The position numbers and the translations under genes are program-made. The notes below the pieces were generated by a model. That model made no database searches, had not been told where the DNA came from, and worked only from the letters and a program-made list of their open reading frames with translations. From Candidatus Eiseniibacteriota bacterium (GTDB lineage: Bacteria; Eisenbacteria; RBG-16-71-46; CAZEPH01): DNA of 22,564 nucleotides. The stretch covers positions 1 to 22,564 of the forward strand of contig JBGATO010000058.1 in assembly GCA_044229145.1 (NCBI GenBank). The letters are read 5' to 3'. The first letter of the stretch is position 1. Each line of letters starts with the position of its first letter. Shown here one piece after another: positions 17,001 through 22,564 of the stretch.

Positions 17001-17222
17001 GCGTTCAGCCCCGACGGCCTCCGGCTCGCCGCCGGGGCACAAGACCAGACGGTGCGCTTCTTCGACCTCGCGGCCCGCCGCGAGCTGCTCGCGCTCCACG
17101 GTCACACCGGCCAGATCCTCGCGCTCGCCTTCGCTCCGGATGGCCGCACGCTCGCCTCGGCGTCGCTCGACGGCTCGTTGCGCCTCTGGGAAGCCCCGGC
17201 GCGAATCGCCGCGCCGCGGTGA
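14052..17222 (+). CDS. Ser/Thr kinase - TM - WD40 repeat protein (about 14 repeats), ~1056 aa; probable cognate kinase of the ECF
   Basis: Start set at ATG 14052 (SD GAGGAG 14040-14045). The N-terminal helical cap IFSDALEL...AFVAAACGDDEPLRKDVQALL is typical of ECF-linked kinases. Motifs HGGMGSV, VAIK, HRDLKPAN, DFG, YASPE. TM GVVAGVVTAVAALAVALVVSLGAL. GH...FSPDG...DGTVRLWD repeats. Confidence 0.95.
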   Translation: MNDRDARAADIFSDALELSPGARAAFVAAACGDDEPLRKDVQALLAAAPAADALFARPVSLATPLEESDPAVGLVLGAWRILAPLAHGGMGSVYRGERIDAAFAKTVAIKLLRVGLAGDTPRDRFHRERQVLARLEHPHIARLLDGGSTADGVPYLVMEFVDGMALDAWCDTRALDMRARLALFLDVCDAVAYAHRALVVHRDLKPANIFVDGDGRVKLLDFGIAKLLDEGEDGVDLTRTATRAFSPRYASPEQIAGAPITTASDVYSLGVVLFELLAGVSPYAEARERGAIERAAVAGETVSLTRAIASADDRARLRGTSAARLARACRGDLETIVQRAMAREPERRYGSVQELADDLRRFLAGEPVRARPDTVAYRATRFARRNRGVVAGVVTAVAALAVALVVSLGALRDARRNAREAEWLAYSGAVAAAEAAIHGNQLGEAARRLAQAPVALRGWEWRHLVARLDRSRAHWRAHGLGITRLRYSHDGRVLATSSMDGSVRLWDATRGDSLAAWMALGSEAESVVPFPDGTRWAIGLQDGRVLLATRGEAAPRAFASGPGWALVDISPDGTQLVAGFADGSAAVYDVATGATLTQWQAHEMFALPVWSPRGDRLATGGGDARLRVWDTRGHVLRDVAAHARRVYALAWSADGVQLVTGSMDRTATVWDAETLTPRATFAEHAGTVASVAFSADGTRVLSCGADGRVFVWDAATHAALAELRGHRGDPSAAARDPRGGGWATGDWGGEVRLWDAEAADVRSLALPSESDMLNAALDARFTTDGTRLVALTTSGHVLEWHGVARSRPAREYRARGRHVVWLDDRTALAATATGMWVRWRDGVADSLPGVPGDITALDAHAAGRLAATGGTDSTVRLWRAGDLAPLAVLGRHAGEVRDVAFSPDGRWLASCGRDSVVCVWDVAARRLVHTWHGHRGAVLDVAFSPDGARLASASRDGTVRLWDVARGESLATLCDLGTPVGAVAFSPDGLRLAAGAQDQTVRFFDLAARRELLALHGHTGQILALAFAPDGRTLASASLDGSLRLWEAPARIAAPR
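16742..16888 (+). repeat. 21-nt direct repeat in adjacent WD40 units
   Basis: CGACGTCGCGTTCTCGCCCGA at 16742-16762 and 16868-16888, 126 nt (42 codons) apart. Confidence 0.8.
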
Positions 17223-17241
17223 GCTGCGTCCCCGAAAACGA

Positions 17242-17275
17242 CGACGGCCGCCCGGGCGAACCCGAGCGGCCGTCG
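17242..17275 (-). terminator. Probable intrinsic terminator hairpin between convergent genes
   Basis: On the - strand, CGACGGCCGCTCGGG-TTCG-CCCGGGCGGCCGTCG forms a 15-bp stem (one G-U pair) with a UUCG loop, followed by TCGTTTT. It starts 16 nt after the stop at 17292. Confidence 0.75.
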
Positions 17276-17291
17276 CGCTGTTCGTGCGAGC

Positions 17292-17849
17292 CTAGCGGTA
17301 GACCGACTTGATCGACCCCCACGAGGCCGGACGCGCGGGCGTCGCGCAGACCGGCGGCTCCGGTGCGATGCGTGTCGCGTGCCGGTTGGTCTGCGTGCAG
17401 GTGTTCGGCAGCGGCCCGCAGCCGGCCGGCGGGAACACGGTATTGGCCGTCGTCACCGTGCTGTAGGAATCGCCGGTGCGCGCGCTGATCGAGCGGATGG
17501 TGAACGTCGCCGTGCAGCCGGGGAAGGTCGGGACCTGCGCGGTGCAGGTGATGTCGGCCGAGGTGTCGTCGTAGGTGCCGTCGCACGAGATCACCAAGTC
17601 GCCGGTTTCGCCGACGTCGTAACTGGAGCCGGTGCACAGGGTGTCGAGCCCGGTGGTCACCGCCAGCAGCACCGGGCCGCTACAGTCGTACAGCGAGTCG
17701 GTGTACGACCAGATGCCGCTCCATGCGACGGGGACGACGGGAGTCGACGACGGCGTCCTCCCCACCGGCGAATGCCACGGAGCGGCCTGGGCCGCCGTCA
17801 CGGCCAGCGCAAGGCATGCGCCAGCCCACCACGAAGCGCAACGGAGCAT
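17292..17849 (-). CDS. Secreted Cys/Thr-rich hypothetical protein with C-terminal SWGSIKSVYR motif, 185 aa
   Basis: Signal peptide MLRCASWWAGACLALAVTAAQA. SD AAAGGA at 17857-17862. Eight Cys in the mature part. Has its own terminator downstream and fills the gap between two genes. Confidence 0.85.
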   Translation of the reverse strand: MLRCASWWAGACLALAVTAAQAAPWHSPVGRTPSSTPVVPVAWSGIWSYTDSLYDCSGPVLLAVTTGLDTLCTGSSYDVGETGDLVISCDGTYDDTSADITCTAQVPTFPGCTATFTIRSISARTGDSYSTVTTANTVFPPAGCGPLPNTCTQTNRHATRIAPEPPVCATPARPASWGSIKSVYR

Positions 17850-17922
17850 CGAGGGATCCTTTCACGAAGGCGGGCGAGTCGTGCGACGCCGGACGGCGAT
17901 GAGGGTTCGCCCCACTCTCTTC

Positions 17923-17931
17923 AGAGTAGCA
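17923..17931 (-). promoter_or_regulatory. Possible extended -10 element (TG-n-TACTCT) for the 185-aa gene
   Basis: TGCTACTCT on the - strand in the intergenic gap, about 74 nt upstream of ATG 17849. No convincing -35 at standard spacing. Confidence 0.35.
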
Positions 17932-17993
17932 CGGGGCACGCGCAGCGCGAGTAGCTCAAGGGCGCACCTGCGGAATCTCGCCCACCTCCTGCG

Positions 17994-20480
17994 TCAGTCG
18001 GTGGCGCGGCGGCGGCTGGGGCGAAGCGCCGCCCAACATCCCCATGCAGCCACCGCCGCGCACGCCAGCATCGCGGCGCGTGTCACGCCGCCGTACCACG
18101 CGCCCATGTGCAGCGTCAGGTATTCCTCATTGAGCGTCGCGTGCACGAACAGGGCGACCATCACGCCGAGCACGCCGACGCGCGTCAGAAACATCCCGAG
18201 GAGCGCGACCTTCAGGATGTTGACCGCGAGCCACGGCACGCTGTCGGCGCCGCGCCCGAAGAAAAACGTCGCCAGGGCGAGCGTCCACAGACTCCACGCC
18301 AGCAATGGCAGCCGCACGACGCGCGCGGCCAGCGCCTGCAAGAGGCACGCGATCATCGCCCCGAGCAGGCCGACCGAGAGACCGCGCAACACCACGGCCC
18401 ACGCGGGACCGCCGCCGACCGCGGCCGCCTGGTAGTCGCCATACGGGGCGGTGCCGAGCAGCTTGCCGGCGGCTTCGCCCAGCAGCGTGATCAGCAGGCC
18501 GCCGGTGAGACCGAATAGGACGTCGCGCCCCACCAATCCGTCGCGCAGGCGGCCGTCCATCAAGCGCGTCCACGAGGCGAGCCACGCCGGGTGCGAGCGC
18601 CGCACCACCGGCTCCAATGCAAGATACGCGACGGCGAGGAACAGCGCGAAGAACAGGGACGCCGTGAAGCTCGCCAACGCGAGCGTGCCCGGCCAATCGA
18701 TGTGTGTGCGCGGCAGTACACCGAAGCCCAGCGCGCCCAGCACGAGATTGAGAACGCCGAGCCGCCACGCGCCCCGGACGTCGGCGCGGCCGGCGAACAA
18801 ATTGCGCCGCGCCAGCAGCAGAAACCACGCGAACAGTCCGAATTGGGCCACGGAGAACAGCGTCGTACGCGCGAAGTCGCCGCGCGTCGGCTGCGCGAGT
18901 TTCGGGCCGTCGCCGACACGGAAGAAGGTGACGGCCCCACGGTAGCTTGCCGCTTCCACGCGCTGCGTGCCGGCCGCCGTGCGGACCGTCCACGCCGTGC
19001 GCACATCGGCGGGAACCAGGGGCAAGTTCGCCGGCACCGCGTCCGTGCGCGGGGCGTCGTCGAGACCCGCGGCGGCGAAGTACGGTGCCCACTCCGGCAG
19101 GGCGCCGCTCGCGGAGTCCGCGGCTGACGGTACGCGCCGGTACTCGAGCAAGCGTCCCGTGAGGTCGTAGCGCGTCAGCCGTTCGCCGGGCTGATCGAGC
19201 GCGGGCACCTCGAAGCCGCGGGTGCCGTTCGGATCGCGCTCGTCGATGCCGTAGGGGACGGGACGAGGGGCGCGGCGGCACCAATAGAACACTGCGCCGC
19301 TTTCGCTCCGCGCGTCGCCTCCGGACGCGTCGAGCCGCGCGTATCCGTCGGCGATGTACTCGCCGTCCTGCAGGCCGCCGCGCGCGCGCAGGAATTCTGC
19401 GGCGCGATCGCGCAGCACGTCGTACGGTTTGTCGTCGGCGCCAAACGGCAGGCCGCGCAGGTCGGACAAGGCCAGGGCGCCGATGAACAGGGCCGCGCTC
19501 GCCAGCACGCACCCCGCTGCGACCAGCGGCCGCATGCCGCCGTCGCCGCCCGAGGCCGCCACCATTTCCGGCGACGGCGTTTCACCCGCTGCCAGCGCCG
19601 CACGCACCGGATCGCCGCCCGGCAGTGCTGCCGCCACCGCGAGCGCGTTCGCGGGCCGCGAGGCCGGTTCGTTGTCGAGGCAGCGCAGGATCGCGCGTTC
19701 GATCAGCGGATCGAGGGAGCGCACGTGCGTCGTCGGCGCATCCGGATGCGAGTCCGCGCCACGCGCCAGCGGCGTGCCTTGCGATGCGAACGCGTGATGA
19801 CCCGTGAACAGTTCGAAGAGCACCAGGCCGAGCGCGTAGATGTCGCTGCGCGGCGTTGCCTCGCGGCCGGCAAGCTGCTCCGGCGCCATGTACGCCGGCG
19901 TGCCCGCCTGCGCCGCCTGTCCGGTGACCGACTGCGACAGCGCCGCCAGTCCGAAGTCGGCGATGCGCACGCGGCCGCGGCCGTCGATGAGGATGTTCGC
20001 CGGCTTGAGATCGCGGTGCAGCAGGCCTTGATCGTGGATCGCCGCGAGGCCCGCGCACACTTCGCGCGCGATCTGCACGCCGCGCTCTTCCGGCATGCGG
20101 CCGATGCGACGCAGCAACGACGCCAGATCTTCGCCGTCGACGTATTCCATCGCGACGAAGTGCAGGCCGTCCGCTTCGCCCGCGTCCCACACGCGGCAGA
20201 CGTGGGGATGCGACACCTGCCGCGCCAGATTCACTTCATCGAGCAACATCGCGCGCCGCCCGGCGTCGCGTTCGATCTCCGGCGGCAGGAACTTCAGGGC
20301 AACCGGCGAGCCCAGCTTGAGATCGTCGGCACGATACACGTCGCCCATGCCGCCGCGGCCGAGCGGCGCCACGATGCGATAACGCCGGTCGAGCATGGCG
20401 CCCGGCAAAAACCGGGGCGCGGGGCCCCGGCTCGTGCTGGACGCGGACTCGACCGGCGCGTCGACGGTGCGGTCGTCCAC
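17994..20480 (-). CDS. Ser/Thr kinase fused to TM, ~200-aa extracytoplasmic domain and polytopic membrane domain, 828 aa
   Basis: Motifs GRGGMGDV, VALK, HRDLKPAN, DFG, GTPAYMAPE and RCLDNEPASR. First TM LVAAGCVLASAALFIGALAL. About 8-9 further hydrophobic segments in the last ~290 aa. The GTG start is uncertain because there is no clear SD. Confidence 0.92.
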   Translation of the reverse strand: MDDRTVDAPVESASSTSRGPAPRFLPGAMLDRRYRIVAPLGRGGMGDVYRADDLKLGSPVALKFLPPEIERDAGRRAMLLDEVNLARQVSHPHVCRVWDAGEADGLHFVAMEYVDGEDLASLLRRIGRMPEERGVQIAREVCAGLAAIHDQGLLHRDLKPANILIDGRGRVRIADFGLAALSQSVTGQAAQAGTPAYMAPEQLAGREATPRSDIYALGLVLFELFTGHHAFASQGTPLARGADSHPDAPTTHVRSLDPLIERAILRCLDNEPASRPANALAVAAALPGGDPVRAALAAGETPSPEMVAASGGDGGMRPLVAAGCVLASAALFIGALALSDLRGLPFGADDKPYDVLRDRAAEFLRARGGLQDGEYIADGYARLDASGGDARSESGAVFYWCRRAPRPVPYGIDERDPNGTRGFEVPALDQPGERLTRYDLTGRLLEYRRVPSAADSASGALPEWAPYFAAAGLDDAPRTDAVPANLPLVPADVRTAWTVRTAAGTQRVEAASYRGAVTFFRVGDGPKLAQPTRGDFARTTLFSVAQFGLFAWFLLLARRNLFAGRADVRGAWRLGVLNLVLGALGFGVLPRTHIDWPGTLALASFTASLFFALFLAVAYLALEPVVRRSHPAWLASWTRLMDGRLRDGLVGRDVLFGLTGGLLITLLGEAAGKLLGTAPYGDYQAAAVGGGPAWAVVLRGLSVGLLGAMIACLLQALAARVVRLPLLAWSLWTLALATFFFGRGADSVPWLAVNILKVALLGMFLTRVGVLGVMVALFVHATLNEEYLTLHMGAWYGGVTRAAMLACAAVAAWGCWAALRPSRRRATD

Positions 20481-20493
20481 GACTACCGCGTCG

Positions 20494-22564
20494 CTACCAG
20501 ATCTTCACGCGGACGTCGTCGCCGCGGTACATCTTGTCGCCCGGCTTGACGCCGAACGCCTCGTAGAACGGAATCATGTTCGACACCGGGCCGGTGACGC
20601 GCAGGAAGCTCGGCGCGTGCACGTCGGTCTTCACGCGCAGTGCGAGATTCTCCGGCCGCAGCTGGTTCATCCACCCGAGCGCCCAGCCGAAGAAGTAGCG
20701 CTGCGCCGGCGTGTAGCCGCCGATCGACTTGCCACTCTTGTACTGGTCCGTCTTGGTGAATGCGTCCCACGCCAGCGTGATGCCGCCCAAGTCGGCGATG
20801 TTCTCGCCGGCCGTCGCCTTGCCGTTGACGTGCAGCGTGTCCACCGCGACGTAGCCGTCGAACTGGTCGATGATCCGCTGCGTGCGCTTGGTGAACTCGT
20901 CGGCGTCCTGCTGCGTCCACCAGTCGGTGAGATTGCCCTTCTCGTCGAACTGACGGCCCTCGTCGTCGAAACCGTGCGTGAGTTCGTGGCCGATCGTCGT
21001 GCCCGCCGCGTAGCCGTACACGATGGCGTCGTCCACCAGCGAGTCGGCGATGCCCGGCAGGATGAAGATCGCCGCCGGCAACACGATCTCGTTGTTCGAC
21101 GGGTTGTAATAGGCGTTGTAGGTCTGCGGCGTCATGTCCCACTCGGTGCGGTCCACCGGCTTGCGCAGCTTGGCGATGTAGTAGTCGCTCTGCCACGTGT
21201 TGCCGCGCAGCGTGTTGAGCAGGAAGTTGTGGCGATCCACCGTGAACGAGGAGTAGTCGCGCCACTTCTCCGGGTAGCCGACCTTCTTGTTGACGGTCGC
21301 CAGCTTGCCGAGCGCGCGCTGCTTGGTTGCCTCGCTCATCCAGTCGAGCGCGCGGATGTGCTCGGCCATCGACGCGAAGACTTCATCGGTGAGCTTGAGG
21401 TAGCGCTGCTTGGTGCTCGGCGAGAAGTACTTCTGCACGTACAGCTGGCCGAGCGCGTCGCCGAGGTAGCCTTCCTCCTGGTCGAGCACACGCTTGTAGC
21501 GGGCGCGCTGTACCTTGGTGCCGTTCATGATCGTGCCGTAGAAGCGGAAGTTCTCCGCCTCCCACTTGCCGCCCGCCTCCGCCGCGAACGACGTCGCCAG
21601 GTGCCAGCGCAGATACGTCTTCCATGTCGCGAGCGGCGTCTCCGTCACCGCCTTGTCGAGCGTGCGGAAGAAGTCCGGCTGTCCGACCACCACCGTGTCG
21701 ATGCCGTCCATGTGCCCCGCCGCGAACACGGCCGGCCAGTCGATGGACGGCGTCAGCGCGCGCAACTCGCCGACCGACATCTTGTTATAGTTGGCGACCG
21801 GATCGCGCAGCTCTTCCAGCTTGCGGCTGGCGCCGGCGAGCGTCGTCTCGAGCTTCATGATCGCCGCCGCCTGCTTCGCCGACAGCGCCGGCGCATCGCC
21901 GAGCAATCCGAACATCCGCCCGACGTGCTTCACGTACTCGGTGCGCAGCATCTTCGAGCGCGCGTCGGTGTCGAAGTAGAAGTCGCGGTTCGGCAGTCCG
22001 AGCCCGCCCTGATACAGGTGCAGGATGTTGGCGTCCGAGTTCTTCTCGTCCTGCCCGATGTAGCCACCGAACATCGCGCCCGCCCCGATGTACTGCAGGT
22101 GGGCGACCGTCTTCAGCAGATCGTCCCGCGTCTGGATCGCGTCGATGCGCGCGAACTCCGGCTTGAGCGGCGACAAGCCCAGCTTGGCGATCGTCACCGT
22201 GTCCATGCCCGACGCCCAGAAGTCGCCGATCTTCTGCTCGTTGCTGCCCGGCGCCGCGTGCGCCTTGGCCGCCGCGTGGTTGATGTCGAGCAGACGGTTG
22301 TACGTCTCCTCCTGCACCACCGCGAAGATGCCCCACGAGCGCTCCGCCGCCGGAATCGGGTGCGCCTTGAGCCACTTGCCGACCGCGTACTGGAAGAAGT
22401 CGTCCCGCGGCGAGACCGTCTTGTCGACGAACTGGTCGAGGTAGTTCTCGGCGGTGGCCGGCGCCGCCGGGGCGGCAGCGGGCTTGGTGCCGTGCGCCGC
22501 GCGCTTGCGCGCGGCCGGAGCGGCCTCGGTGGAGGCCGCCAACGTCATCGCCAGGAGGCTCGCG
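20494..22564 (-). CDS. M13 family zinc metallopeptidase (neprilysin/PepO/ECE-like), 5'-truncated by the window edge
   Basis: PRDDFFQYAVGKW, NAYY, zinc motif HELTH (20974-20988), GENIADLGG and DVHAP. The frame stays open beyond ATG 22548 to the edge (ASLLA-MTLAA), which looks like the end of a signal peptide. Confidence 0.96.
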   Translation of the reverse strand, partial: ASLLAMTLAASTEAAPAARKRAAHGTKPAAAPAAPATAENYLDQFVDKTVSPRDDFFQYAVGKWLKAHPIPAAERSWGIFAVVQEETYNRLLDINHAAAKAHAAPGSNEQKIGDFWASGMDTVTIAKLGLSPLKPEFARIDAIQTRDDLLKTVAHLQYIGAGAMFGGYIGQDEKNSDANILHLYQGGLGLPNRDFYFDTDARSKMLRTEYVKHVGRMFGLLGDAPALSAKQAAAIMKLETTLAGASRKLEELRDPVANYNKMSVGELRALTPSIDWPAVFAAGHMDGIDTVVVGQPDFFRTLDKAVTETPLATWKTYLRWHLATSFAAEAGGKWEAENFRFYGTIMNGTKVQRARYKRVLDQEEGYLGDALGQLYVQKYFSPSTKQRYLKLTDEVFASMAEHIRALDWMSEATKQRALGKLATVNKKVGYPEKWRDYSSFTVDRHNFLLNTLRGNTWQSDYYIAKLRKPVDRTEWDMTPQTYNAYYNPSNNEIVLPAAIFILPGIADSLVDDAIVYGYAAGTTIGHELTHGFDDEGRQFDEKGNLTDWWTQQDADEFTKRTQRIIDQFDGYVAVDTLHVNGKATAGENIADLGGITLAWDAFTKTDQYKSGKSIGGYTPAQRYFFGWALGWMNQLRPENLALRVKTDVHAPSFLRVTGPVSNMIPFYEAFGVKPGDKMYRGDDVRVKIW

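Noticed and set aside
1..22564. CRISPR array, diversity-generating retroelement, or recombinase-driven shuffling of the sensor domains
   Set aside because: No regularly spaced repeats, no template/variable repeat pair, and no reverse transcriptase, recombinase or transposase found in the window.

Overview
GC-rich bacterial DNA that is almost entirely a signalling locus, with six Hanks-type (eukaryote-like) Ser/Thr kinase genes in about 20 kb. A tightly packed + strand array of four paralogous kinases fills 268-10740. Three are kinase-TM-TolB/PD40 beta-propeller receptors, the third broken by an apparent ~55-nt frameshifting deletion at ~6533. The fourth is a soluble kinase-TolB_N-like-TPR protein. 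On the - strand follow a secreted FG-GAP repeat protein with a FlgD-like Ig tail and a SAM-dependent methyltransferase. These are divergent from a kinase-associated ECF sigma factor (region 2.2 'LQATAL') paired with a kinase-TM-14xWD40 gene. The right end is a - strand run of an M13 zinc peptidase (start outside the window), a kinase fused to a polytopic membrane domain with a possible degenerate CPBP/Abi protease signature, and a small Cys-rich secreted protein ending in 'SWGSIKSVYR'. The two C-terminal tags suggest, by inference only, a Ca. Eisenbacteria/Latescibacterota-like host. No rRNA, tRNA, CRISPR array or mobile element was recognised.
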